DNA of 46,433 bases from Candidatus Bathyarchaeota archaeon (GTDB lineage: Archaea > Thermoproteota > Bathyarchaeia > RBG-16-48-13 > JAGMEO01): NCBI GenBank assembly GCA_030602965.1, contig JAUVYS010000002.1, positions 1 to 46,433 of the forward strand, read 5' to 3'. The first letter of the stretch is position 1; each line of letters starts with the position of its first letter. Below the pieces are notes generated by a model, which searched no databases, had not been told where the DNA came from, and worked only from the letters and a program-made list of their open reading frames with translations. The position numbers and the translations under genes are program-made. Positions 1 to 7,367 of the stretch are shown here, piece after piece.

Positions 1-1
1 C

Positions 2-47
2 AAAAAAAAAAAAAAAAATGGTCTAGTCCTTTTTTAGCTTAAGACCA
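2..47 (-). terminator. oligo-T tract (T17 on minus strand) preceded by a weak hairpin, downstream of the leftward genes
   Basis: A17 at 2-18 on the + strand. Inverted 6-mers TGGTCT (19-24) and AGACCA (42-47). Lies just past the last leftward ORF. Confidence 0.4.
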
Positions 48-53
48 GCCAAC

Positions 54-190
54 AAGCCGACCCAATAACCCAAAGCATAAGCCGACATAATAAACCAAAA
101 CAAACCAACACATAAGACGACAAACAAACTTTAACCGTCCATAATGTTAAGAGCTTCGTTTACATCTTCAATAGCCGACACAATAAATTC
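54..190. repeat. direct copies of an (A/T)AGCCGAC(A) motif; further copies at 1397, 1795, 1822 and inverted at 2521
   Basis: AAGCCGACCCAATAACC at 54, AAGCCGACATAATAAACC at 79, degenerate AAGACGACAAAC at 113, TAGCCGACACAATAAA at 172. Confidence 0.6.
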
Positions 191-313
191 TCTTAAACCC
201 GAGCCTTTTTCAGTAAAAATCTCAGCATTAACCAAACCACTTTTCGCAATTCCCAACCACTTTATTATCTGAGTCTGTTTCCACGCGGGCAACGGGTGAG
301 TTTCAAAAGCCAA
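131..313 (-). CDS. hypothetical protein (60 aa, TTG start)
   Basis: ORF preceded by the GAGAGG SD-like box and the bipartite upstream motif. Confidence 0.55.
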   Translation of the reverse strand: MAFETHPLPAWKQTQIIKWLGIAKSGLVNAEIFTEKGSGLREFIVSAIEDVNEALNIMDG

Positions 314-330
314 CTTAAAAACCTCTCTAA

Positions 331-350
331 CCTATACCTATACGTTTTGC
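331..350 (-). promoter_or_regulatory. bipartite upstream motif GCAAAAC-N7-TATAGG
   Basis: Minus-strand reading: GCAAAACGTATAGGTATAGG. It is followed by GAGAGG and the TTG start at 313. Confidence 0.55.
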
Positions 351-449
351 TTGATTCGGACAATCTTCAGGGATAAACGCTTTAATGTTTAAGCAGTATA
401 TACCACGATTATTTGAGCAACCTTTACAACTCAAAGTTTTTCACCTGTC

Positions 450-743
450 TTATCTTCTCCCTGAATAATGGAGGTTAGCCTGGGGGATCTCCCAAGTTCG
501 AGGTCGTAATCTGTTTATCTCAGCATCAACAAAATAGCCCCAAACTTCAACACTTCCCTGAATGAAACCAAACCATTTTTTCCCCTTAAGAACTCCATCG
601 GGAAATTCATATTCTCCCTCTTCAACTATCTCAACGCCAAACCAAAACCAACCACTAAAAGATTCCCAACCTTTCAAAACCTCTTTGTCGTCTATAAAGA
701 GCTTAGTCTTATCGCCCACTTCCCGACTTTCAAACCGTGCCAT
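450..743 (-). CDS. hypothetical protein (97 aa)
   Basis: ATG start with GGTGAG SD 5 nt upstream, plus the upstream motif. Confidence 0.7.
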   Translation of the reverse strand: MARFESREVGDKTKLFIDDKEVLKGWESFSGWFWFGVEIVEEGEYEFPDGVLKGKKWFGFIQGSVEVWGYFVDAEINRLRPRTWEIPQANLHYSGRR

Positions 744-756
744 ATTCTCACCTTAA

Positions 757-776
757 CCTATACTGGAAGGTTTTGC
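757..776 (-). promoter_or_regulatory. bipartite upstream motif GCAAAAC-N7-TATAGG
   Basis: Minus-strand reading: GCAAAACCTTCCAGTATAGG, then TTAAGGTGAGAATATG. The motif abuts the TAA stop of the upstream gene. Confidence 0.6.
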
Positions 777-1160
777 TTAGATCTTTTCTACGTCTTGACC
801 TAAAAGTTTCGCAAAGGCTTCGGCTGTTTGGTGGTCGTTTACTCCTTCAAGAGTCTTAAAAGCTATCTCTCGCGCTTCGCTAATACTGTATTTGATAGCT
901 CTACCGATTACCTCAGTTAAGGCATTATGAAGAGCGGTCTTTTTCTGTTCCTCTTTTGACATCTCAAAGTCTTTCTGAAGTATGCGGTACTTCAAATATT
1001 CCCGATTATGACGAATCAAGGGTTCAAGAGATTCAATAACCAACTGAATGTTTAATTCATATTTCTTACTTTCTTCATACCTCTTCCTCTCATGCTCGTT
1101 GATAAAATCCTGTTCTTCTTCGGTGTAACTCATTTCAATCAACCTCTTCATTTTCATCAT
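777..1160 (-). CDS. hypothetical protein (127 aa, helical and charged)
   Basis: Long ORF on the dominant strand, overlapping the upstream gene end. Confidence 0.7.
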   Translation of the reverse strand: MMKMKRLIEMSYTEEEQDFINEHERKRYEESKKYELNIQLVIESLEPLIRHNREYLKYRILQKDFEMSKEEQKKTALHNALTEVIGRAIKYSISEAREIAFKTLEGVNDHQTAEAFAKLLGQDVEKI

Positions 1161-1353
1161 CCCAAATAATGTAATCTACTCTACTGAATGGCATAAATAT
1201 TTTATTTCCATTCTCAAGAATAGCTTTTACATATAACTGTTGAAAAATCGTGTGTGCGGTGATTTGAATCTGTGCATGGCTATCTATAGTATCAGTCACT
1301 AATCTACCTGACCCCTCTTTATTTGACATGTTTTCACGAAAATATTTATTCAT
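1135..1353 (-). CDS. hypothetical protein (72 aa from the ATG at 1353; track start 1368 is TTG)
   Basis: The ATG at 1353 lies 9 nt after GAGGTC and downstream of the motif. Confidence 0.6.
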   Translation of the reverse strand: MNKYFRENMSNKEGSGRLVTDTIDSHAQIQITAHTIFQQLYVKAILENGNKIFMPFSRVDYIIWDDENEEVD

Positions 1354-1368
1354 ATTTCTTGACCTCAA

Positions 1369-1388
1369 TCTATAAACTGAGGTTTTGC
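1369..1388 (-). promoter_or_regulatory. bipartite upstream motif GCAAAAC-N7-TATAGA
   Basis: Minus-strand reading: GCAAAACCTCAGTTTATAGA, then TTGAGGTCAAGAAATATG. Confidence 0.6.
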
Positions 1389-1495
1389 GTTAACATTAGC
1401 CGACAAAAAAAAGATATATGAAATATACGCAAAAATGGATCCGAAAAGATGATAAATGAATCGTACATCAAAGACAAAAAAAAAGAGGGAGGCAG

Positions 1496-2476
1496 TTAAG
1501 CCTTTATCAAGTCGCTGAGTTTCTTCAGCTTTCCAGACTTCACCCGTTCCTTAAGCCAACCAAGACCTTTATCAACCGCTTCTTTTTTGTCGTCTATCAA
1601 TAAGCAAGCTCCTGAGATCGTGCTTAGTTTCTGTTTAGTGTGGTCTGTCTGTCCCTTCGGAGTCTTCCTGAACTCTCCATGTCCAGCGATCCAACTGGAA
1701 GCCATAGCCAAACCCCAAAGCGTCTTCGGTTCATCTTTGAAACGATCAAAAACCGTCTTGATTGTCTTCTTACCTAACCCATAGCTTAAGCCCATAGCCG
1801 ACATAATAACCCTCATTTCTTTAGCCGACACACTAACTTTTCTCGATTGTTTTACACGGTTAAATACGCTGTGCTGATTGTCTTCTGCTCGTTTGATTGC
1901 TTCTTTCAATCTCGGTTCAAGTTCTCGAAGGCGTTCAATCCTTAACACCCGTTCAAAGTTTCCAGTGTTCAATCCGAACCTTTGAAGCCCTGACACATTC
2001 AACCAGGAGAGAGGATTAAAACACAACTCTACACGAATGAAAGATCCTATTCTTATGGCGTTTCGTGTGGTGATAGTTCCCCCGTTGATCTGGAAGCCCA
2101 CCTTCAAACCTGCAACTTCTCTGATAAAATCTACTTTCCCGTACATCCCTTCAACATCCAACAAAGGAACGCCTATGATCTTCTCTGCTGTTTGATACAC
2201 AACTTCGGGAGGGATCAACAAATGCTTCTGTGTGGCTACTGCCCTAACTTTCCCGTCTATTACGATAAACTGCAAAGGCTTCGAGTTAGGCGTGTGGTTT
2301 TCATCAAAGAACCCTAAACCCTTCCTTTTAATCTCTGCATCTATCTTACGCCCATGCACAAGTCTAAGATAAGACCATTTCGCACGTTTCCTCCAAACTG
2401 GAAGATCCGCCTGTGTGCCGTCTTCTAACTCTACAACACTCGGAGATTGTAAAGTTCCAACTAAAATCTGCTCCAT
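1496..2476 (-). CDS. hypothetical protein (326 aa), possibly DUF932-like phage/plasmid protein
   Basis: Long ORF. The segment GFQINGGTITTRNAIRIGSFIRVELCFNPL recalls the DUF932 core pattern (recalled from memory, not searched). Confidence 0.6.
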   Translation of the reverse strand: MEQILVGTLQSPSVVELEDGTQADLPVWRKRAKWSYLRLVHGRKIDAEIKRKGLGFFDENHTPNSKPLQFIVIDGKVRAVATQKHLLIPPEVVYQTAEKIIGVPLLDVEGMYGKVDFIREVAGLKVGFQINGGTITTRNAIRIGSFIRVELCFNPLSWLNVSGLQRFGLNTGNFERVLRIERLRELEPRLKEAIKRAEDNQHSVFNRVKQSRKVSVSAKEMRVIMSAMGLSYGLGKKTIKTVFDRFKDEPKTLWGLAMASSWIAGHGEFRKTPKGQTDHTKQKLSTISGACLLIDDKKEAVDKGLGWLKERVKSGKLKKLSDLIKA

Positions 2477-2490
2477 TATTTCACTCTCAC

Positions 2491-2510
2491 CCTATAAGTA
2501 AGGATTTTGC
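2491..2510 (-). promoter_or_regulatory. bipartite upstream motif GCAAAAT-N7-TATAGG
   Basis: Minus-strand reading: GCAAAATCCTTACTTATAGG, then GTGAGAGTGAAATAATG. The motif abuts the TAG stop of the upstream gene. Confidence 0.6.
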
Positions 2511-2807
2511 CTAATTTGTTTGTCGGCTTCTGTTTTTCCATCTCTTATGTATTTCTTTTCGAGTATGCTCAATGCAAAGCCTCCATATATCGCATAAACT
2601 CCCTTTAGAGACAATTTCTTGTTTTTGACATTTTTTACAAGCAATTATGAATCCACTTTTCATATCCTTGAGTACCCCACCCGTTTCAAGAATAACTATT
2701 CCACCTTTATTTTCATAGATTTCTTCAACAAGAAAGAAACTTTTTCCCTTCTCTTCATGGATCTTCATTAATTCTTTCTTTTCCAAAAAATTTTCTACGT
2801 AAGCCAT
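2511..2807 (-). CDS. hypothetical protein with a CxxC pair (98 aa from MAYVENF)
   Basis: The ATG at 2807 overlaps the upstream stop (TAATG coupling). The track start at 2837 would overlap the upstream ORF. Confidence 0.6.
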   Translation of the reverse strand: MAYVENFLEKKELMKIHEEKGKSFFLVEEIYENKGGIVILETGGVLKDMKSGFIIACKKCQKQEIVSKGSLCDIWRLCIEHTRKEIHKRWKNRSRQTN

Positions 2808-2977
2808 TATTTCGCTTCTCCTTCTTTCTCCATACATTCTTTACATATCGGGTAAGATTCCCCGTGACCTTGACAATGAAACCAGTCCTTATCTTCAACC
2901 ATATCAGAAGTCAAGTCTTTACCACAATTAAAACAGTCACCCCAAACCTGTAAGAGTTTATCTATGTCGTCTATCAT
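2807..2977 (-). CDS. zinc-finger mini-protein (56 aa, MIDDIDKLLQVWGDCFNCGK...CKEC), absent from the ORF track
   Basis: ATGA overlap with the upstream gene and TAATG overlap with the downstream gene. Two CxxC pairs. Paralog of 3156..3350 (shared IDDIDKLL). Confidence 0.6.
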   Translation of the reverse strand: MIDDIDKLLQVWGDCFNCGKDLTSDMVEDKDWFHCQGHGESYPICKECMEKEGEAK

Positions 2978-3159
2978 TTCTCAACTTTCCCGTCTAATCT
3001 GAAGCTCCTACATTTCAATACATCTTTAAGGTATTGACGATTAGGCTGTTCTATTGAATGTTGTTCAATCTCTAAATAGTACCCGTATTTCATCTGACAG
3101 TTTCGACATCTCTCTGAAGAAAAACCACTATTCCAAACATGACCGCTTGCTTCTATCAT
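2974..3159 (-). CDS. zinc-binding mini-protein (61 aa)
   Basis: Contains a CxxC motif and is coupled to both neighbours by 4-nt overlaps. Confidence 0.6.
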   Translation of the reverse strand: MIEASGHVWNSGFSSERCRNCQMKYGYYLEIEQHSIEQPNRQYLKDVLKCRSFRLDGKVEK

Positions 3160-3350
3160 TTCGCTTCCTCAAAACAATCTGGACATAATCGATTATAATG
3201 AAGAGGTAAATCATTTCTTCCACATTTTTTACAGGGAACATTCAAAATATCCTCCTTCAAGAGTTTATCTATGTCGTCTATAATCTTAGCTCTCTCAACA
3301 TAACCGTCAAGAGTCTTTCCCTTGAAGAGATCCTTAAGTTTCTCGTTCAT
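3156..3350 (-). CDS. zinc-ribbon mini-protein (64 aa)
   Basis: CKKCG...CPDC motifs. Shares a 23-nt identical stretch with 2807..2977. Confidence 0.65.
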   Translation of the reverse strand: MNEKLKDLFKGKTLDGYVERAKIIDDIDKLLKEDILNVPCKKCGRNDLPLHYNRLCPDCFEEAK

Positions 3351-3590
3351 CTTTATTCCTCATACGTCTTATTTTTCCTTTGTACCGATAAGAACGTGGA
3401 CATCTTTTCATAGTCTAGTCCTCAATCTAAGCAGGTCTTTGAATTCTCCTTATTTCGTATCCCCAAGACTTTTCAAGCAAGAGATATTTACCTTTGAAGT
3501 GTTCCCGTTTCTGTATGGTTTCAAAAAGATCCTTTAATAAACCAATAGCGTTCAATCATTCTCCCTCAATAAAGAAAAGGAGGGTTTTGC

Positions 3591-4016
3591 TTATCCTTGT
3601 TTATAGATCCATTGTTTAAGACGACATAGATACTGTTTGTCTTGCAGTTGTAAGATTGCTTCATGGTCTTCTATAAAATCAGAGTTGTCTGGATAGAATC
3701 GTTTCAATAGATGAAAATAGATTCTTGTCCACATACGATCTAAGGGAGCATCCATACTTGCTGTTGCGATATACGTTAATGCTTCATAATCGGTGGCTTC
3801 CGTTATTTTCTCCCCTTTACTATTCTTGATTTGTTTTAATCGTTCCATTTGGATTCGAGTCTTTTGTTCCTCAGTTATCATAGCTGACCATCCTCTATGA
3901 CCAATGATAGTTCTCGGCTTCGAGAGAAGTTCAGCTAACATATCAAATATCCGTAAACCTTGTTCTCTCTGTTTAACTGTGCCTTCACCGAAAAGCAGTT
4001 TTTGTTCTTTCGTCAT
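3591..4016 (-). CDS. hypothetical protein (141 aa)
   Basis: ORF with the upstream motif. Its stop is directly followed by GCAAAAC. Confidence 0.65.
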   Translation of the reverse strand: MTKEQKLLFGEGTVKQREQGLRIFDMLAELLSKPRTIIGHRGWSAMITEEQKTRIQMERLKQIKNSKGEKITEATDYEALTYIATASMDAPLDRMWTRIYFHLLKRFYPDNSDFIEDHEAILQLQDKQYLCRLKQWIYKQG

Positions 4017-4026
4017 GGTATCTCAA

Positions 4027-4046
4027 TCTTTACTCTGTCGTTTTGC
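4027..4046 (-). promoter_or_regulatory. bipartite upstream motif (GCAAAAC-N7-TAAAGA variant)
   Basis: Minus-strand reading: GCAAAACGACAGAGTAAAGA, then TTGAGATACCATG. Confidence 0.5.
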
Positions 4047-4142
4047 TTAGAAAATTCTAAAGCTCCGCATAAAGCATCATTGCTTAAACTATTCAAGTAA
4101 CCAAGAAGGAGTCTTCTTCGGCATTAGTACCATCATCACCCC

Positions 4143-4586
4143 CTAAAAGAAGTTAGATAGAGATTTTTGATCTCCTTGTTGTCCAAATAATTCTCTAGTT
4201 TTCTTCTTGAATATTTTAATCAAAGCGTTATTGATCTCTATTGGAATATTGACTATGACTTCCCCTTCACAATTTAAACAATTAGTGAGATAAGCGGTTC
4301 GGTCTTTTTCAGGATCAAAACAGAAACTATTCGAGTTGTATGTATCACATATTGGACATTTAACATTAGTCCATGCTATTTGTGTTGAGAGGATTCCAAA
4401 ATTCTCATCTTTAAACTCTATACAGGGTGTTACTTTTCCCTTCCCATCCATAAACACAACTTCTTCTGTCGTCTTCTCTTCTATTGAGGGTTTCCAGTCT
4501 TCCCGTACTTTATCAAAGGTTTCTCCAAGAGTAGCCATTTCCATTTGACGCGCAAGTTCAATAGCATCATCAGCCGGTTGGCGCAA
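4143..4586 (-). CDS. zinc-ribbon protein (147 aa; start uncertain, TTG at 4586 or an internal ATG)
   Basis: CPICD...CLNCEG motifs on the dominant strand. Confidence 0.6.
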   Translation of the reverse strand: MRQPADDAIELARQMEMATLGETFDKVREDWKPSIEEKTTEEVVFMDGKGKVTPCIEFKDENFGILSTQIAWTNVKCPICDTYNSNSFCFDPEKDRTAYLTNCLNCEGEVIVNIPIEINNALIKIFKKKTRELFGQQGDQKSLSNFF

Positions 4587-4601
4587 ACAACATCATCTCT
4601 A

Positions 4602-4622
4602 CTTTAAACATAGAGATTTTGC
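4602..4622 (-). promoter_or_regulatory. bipartite upstream motif, degenerate (GCAAAAT-N7-TTTAAAG)
   Basis: Minus-strand reading: GCAAAATCTCTATGTTTAAAG, then TAGAGATG. Confidence 0.4.
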
Positions 4623-4631
4623 GTAGATTTC

Positions 4632-4880
4632 TCAATCTTTCTTCATGACCTCAGCTTTCATCTCTTCAAATTTTTTGGAATAAGATTTTTTCAGATCCAA
4701 ATATTTCATTAAACGATTTGATTCATCCTGCACTCCTTCATGTATCAAAGATAGTAATGGACAAAATTGACTGAGAACTTCTCTTACCTTTGGCTTCACC
4801 TCTGGCACATAATTCTGAACCGCAAAACGTTTTTCTTGTTCACACTCATCCTTCACAGGACACAACTTACACTTCATCAT
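4632..4880 (-). CDS. Cys-containing hypothetical protein (82 aa)
   Basis: CKLCPVKDEC near the N-terminus. SD GAGGTTGAA precedes the ATG. Confidence 0.65.
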   Translation of the reverse strand: MMKCKLCPVKDECEQEKRFAVQNYVPEVKPKVREVLSQFCPLLSLIHEGVQDESNRLMKYLDLKKSYSKKFEEMKAEVMKKD

Positions 4881-4891
4881 TTCAACCTCAA

Positions 4892-4911
4892 TCTATACAA
4901 AAAGTTTTTGC
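4892..4911 (-). promoter_or_regulatory. bipartite upstream motif GCAAAAA-N7-TATAGA
   Basis: Minus-strand reading: GCAAAAACTTTTTGTATAGA, then TTGAGGTTGAAATG. Confidence 0.6.
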
Positions 4912-4915
4912 GTGA

Positions 4916-5287
4916 CTATTCACCCAACAAAAAAATAATATCTTTAATAAGTGATCTTGAAACTTTCACATGATCCTCTGGTGGCAGACATTTTGAGCAT
5001 CCTTTTCCTTTACACACATTACATGATTCATGTAAAAAACCTTCAAGATATTTCTGTAATTGTCTTTTTCTTTCTTTCATATAAGAGGGATTCTTTCTAA
5101 CGGAAACAGATGATATTACTTGTTCAAAGTCTTCCTTCTTAACTGAACCTAAAGGTGTGAGATTAGTATCTTCACCTGACGATTCTAGTAGGGATACACT
5201 GTATGTATCAGGGCTAGTCTTATCCCAAATAAACATCAAAGTCTTATCAGAACCTAATTCCAACTCAAACATTTTCTTCTCAGTCAT
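4916..5287 (-). CDS. hypothetical protein with a DnaJ-type CxxCxGxG zinc motif (123 aa)
   Basis: C-terminal CNVCKGKGCSKC. Confidence 0.65.
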   Translation of the reverse strand: MTEKKMFELELGSDKTLMFIWDKTSPDTYSVSLLESSGEDTNLTPLGSVKKEDFEQVISSVSVRKNPSYMKERKRQLQKYLEGFLHESCNVCKGKGCSKCLPPEDHVKVSRSLIKDIIFLLGE

Positions 5288-5296
5288 TATCTACAC

Positions 5297-5512
5297 CTAA
5301 CGCGTAAAGATTTTATCATAGAATAAAATAATAAAAAAAAACCCGATTACAAGAATTCCAATAAATAATATTACACCGATGATAATCCAACTTATTAGAA
5401 ATATCCAAAGAGGTATTTTATATCCAACAAGCAAATAAGCTGCTATACATGCCGCTACAAAAGCAACATAACCAAATGCTAATATGAGCATGAAAGCCGA
5501 TATTTTATCCAT
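5297..5512 (-). CDS. small integral membrane protein (71 aa, 2-3 TM)
   Basis: Almost entirely hydrophobic sequence. Confidence 0.65.
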   Translation of the reverse strand: MDKISAFMLILAFGYVAFVAACIAAYLLVGYKIPLWIFLISWIIIGVILFIGILVIGFFFIILFYDKIFTR

Positions 5513-5515
5513 TTT

Positions 5516-5863
5516 TTATTTGTCCTGGGCATTTTCTTCCCTTAACATTTTTTGAATTGTTTCAGCTAATTCCTTATATTTATCATTGTACACCTTAATT
5601 TCCCATTTCCACCCGTGCAGTCCTGCTACTTCACGTTCTATCGTCATGATCCCATGCCATTTATCACGCCAACCAAAAGGAGTATATTTTCGTAAAAAAT
5701 GTCCTTCTTTTGGATGAATAACTATCCACGGCGCATCGACACATGAATACAATTCGGCGATCAGATTTCCAGGTAATACTCTCTGTACCTTCTCTTTTAC
5801 CTCTTTTATGGTTAGAACCTTTTTGGGTTTAACAATTTCAATCGAAACATCAACCATACTCAA
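5516..5863 (-). CDS. hypothetical protein (115 aa)
   Basis: ORF on the dominant strand, tightly packed with its neighbours. Confidence 0.65.
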   Translation of the reverse strand: MSMVDVSIEIVKPKKVLTIKEVKEKVQRVLPGNLIAELYSCVDAPWIVIHPKEGHFLRKYTPFGWRDKWHGIMTIEREVAGLHGWKWEIKVYNDKYKELAETIQKMLREENAQDK

Positions 5864-5902
5864 TCATCCTCTTCTCTATCAACTGTGCTTCATTACTCTT
5901 CA

Positions 5903-6151
5903 TTACTCTGTAAGAGTTTTAGGGGTAGCACGTACTAGAAAAACATCGTCTTTGAGGATACCACTAATCTTTTTTCCGTGAAAAAGCACTTTCACCACTG
6001 TTTCCCCGTCACAGATTCGCACGTCTCGATCAACATCAATAATGATTTCTCTGAGATCCGGCTTCCAACCAAGAGCTTTCATTTCCTGTGGGCTAACTTT
6101 TGGTTTAAATCTAATCCACAAATTCTTATCATCTCGCATTTCAAGATACAA
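5903..6151 (-). CDS. hypothetical protein (82 aa, TTG start)
   Basis: GGTGAG lies 5 nt upstream of the TTG, with the upstream motif beyond it. Confidence 0.6.
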   Translation of the reverse strand: MYLEMRDDKNLWIRFKPKVSPQEMKALGWKPDLREIIIDVDRDVRICDGETVVKVLFHGKKISGILKDDVFLVRATPKTLTE

Positions 6152-6164
6152 TTCAACTCACCTA

Positions 6165-6185
6165 CTTTATACTCAGAAGTTTTGC
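6165..6185 (-). promoter_or_regulatory. bipartite upstream motif GCAAAAC-N7-TATAAAG
   Basis: Minus-strand reading: GCAAAACTTCTGAGTATAAAG, then TAGGTGAG. Confidence 0.55.
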
Positions 6186-6383
6186 TTAAAAATGACCTGG
6201 AGGAGGATATTTACCAAAAAATTCTATTAATTCTTCTACAAACTTGTCAATACGTTTCTTAATTTTCTTCTTGATCGTTTTGAGCTTCATCTTTCTATTC
6301 ATCTTCGGACAAACCAAAAAACCGCGAATAAACCCGAAGAAATCAATCCATCAACCTGAACTCCCATAGTTATAAACTCCTCA

Positions 6384-6404
6384 TATTATACTGTTAATTT
6401 TTGC
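6384..6404 (-). promoter_or_regulatory. bipartite upstream motif GCAAAAA-N7-TATAATA
   Basis: Minus-strand reading: GCAAAAATTAACAGTATAATA, then TGAGGAG and the ATG at 6367 of a short ORF. Confidence 0.5.
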
Positions 6405-6411
6405 CTAAAAG

Positions 6412-6419
6412 TTTAAAGG
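6412..6419 (+). promoter_or_regulatory. classical archaeal-type TATA box (AAAAG-TTTAAAGG) for the rightward gene
   Basis: TTTAAAGG ends 31 nt before the ATG at 6451. It is divergent from the leftward motif. Confidence 0.45.
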
Positions 6420-6450
6420 AACGGAACACATATCTTTTTTGTGGTTAAAC

Positions 6451-6735
6451 ATGGTTTTTCTTTATGAAGATTATAAACCACAACAAATCAAATCTCCTAT
6501 TTCAGATACGAGAATAGGGAGAGAACGAATAAAAAACAATCAGATAACTGGAGAAGTTCCCTATCATCCTCCTTTCCGTCCTGTTGGTCCACACTCAGTA
6601 ATAGAGGAAATCGGCGGCGGTGTCGACAGTAAACACCGTCTTGGAAGAACTCAATATTGGCCTACAGAACATAAAAGCCCGGGTATAGTTGACAGTCAAT
6701 GGTATCCTTGGCAGACAACAATTGAAGAAGTTTGA
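6451..6735 (+). CDS. hypothetical protein carrying the N-terminal MVFLYE tag (94 aa)
   Basis: Starts MVFLYEDYKPQ. The ATG at 6451 fits the TATA spacing better than the track start at 6439. Confidence 0.65.
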   Translation: MVFLYEDYKPQQIKSPISDTRIGRERIKNNQITGEVPYHPPFRPVGPHSVIEEIGGGVDSKHRLGRTQYWPTEHKSPGIVDSQWYPWQTTIEEV

Positions 6736-6795
6736 TACACACCAACTAGAAATATTTAAAAAGAAATATTGAATAATAAAAAAAGATGATATAAA

Positions 6796-7326
6796 ATGGT
6801 AGATTCAATAATCAGTATTATGATACGAGATCCAGTACATCCTTGTGGGCCTTACGACCGCACAGGACACTCATTTCGAGTAGATATTTTTAATTGTGAC
6901 TTCACCCCCCTTTTTTATAAGGGTATAACCTACAACAATTTCCCGCTTAACGTAAAGGGAAAGAAAGGAGGTTCCATACATAGACAAATCAGAGTTCCTC
7001 CCGGTTTTTATTTGATTCGTGGTCATGCCAGATGCCATAATGTTGTTACAGAGTGGGCTATGGTTCAGGTAGGATGCGGCACAACAGTATGCGTAAACTT
7101 GTTGCCTACATCAATCCATTACTGCCTATTGAGAACCGTAGGAGCCATATTAGCCACTGATCAAGTGAAAAAAATTTACGCTAAAGAAGCAGACGAAGTA
7201 GTTCGAGCAATCAATAAACTACTAAAAAGAATGCCTAGAACCTTGATGCCTGCACCACCTACAGCCAAACAACTCGAAGAACTAGAAAACGAAGAGAAAG
7301 AAGAGGAGAAAAAAGAAGCTAGCTAA
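6796..7326 (+). CDS. Cys-rich hypothetical protein with an E/K-rich tail (176 aa)
   Basis: ORF with TATTTAAA 35 nt upstream and a hairpin plus T5 after the stop. Confidence 0.65.
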   Translation: MVDSIISIMIRDPVHPCGPYDRTGHSFRVDIFNCDFTPLFYKGITYNNFPLNVKGKKGGSIHRQIRVPPGFYLIRGHARCHNVVTEWAMVQVGCGTTVCVNLLPTSIHYCLLRTVGAILATDQVKKIYAKEADEVVRAINKLLKRMPRTLMPAPPTAKQLEELENEEKEEEKKEAS

Positions 7327-7345
7327 GTAGCTAGCTACCCTTTTT
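7318..7345. terminator. hairpin plus T-run between convergent genes
   Basis: GCTAGCTA/TAGCTAGC palindrome at 7318-7335, followed by TACCCTTTTT. Confidence 0.5.
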
Positions 7346-7367
7346 ATTCTTAGATTTAAGAACCTAC

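Noticed and set aside
23-88. A 21-aa hydrophobic ORF (MSAYALGYWVGLLAGLKLKKD) at the left end.
   Set aside because: It is very short and has no SD. Its apparent similarity to a segment of 1496..2476 is explained by the repeated AGCCGACA DNA motif.
1-130. Inverted terminal repeats of a linear genome (C/A-rich left end versus G/T-rich right end).
   Set aside because: Only the composition and short k-mers (CAAACAAAC) are shared. The reverse complement of the right end does not align with the left end, and no protein-primed polymerase is encoded.
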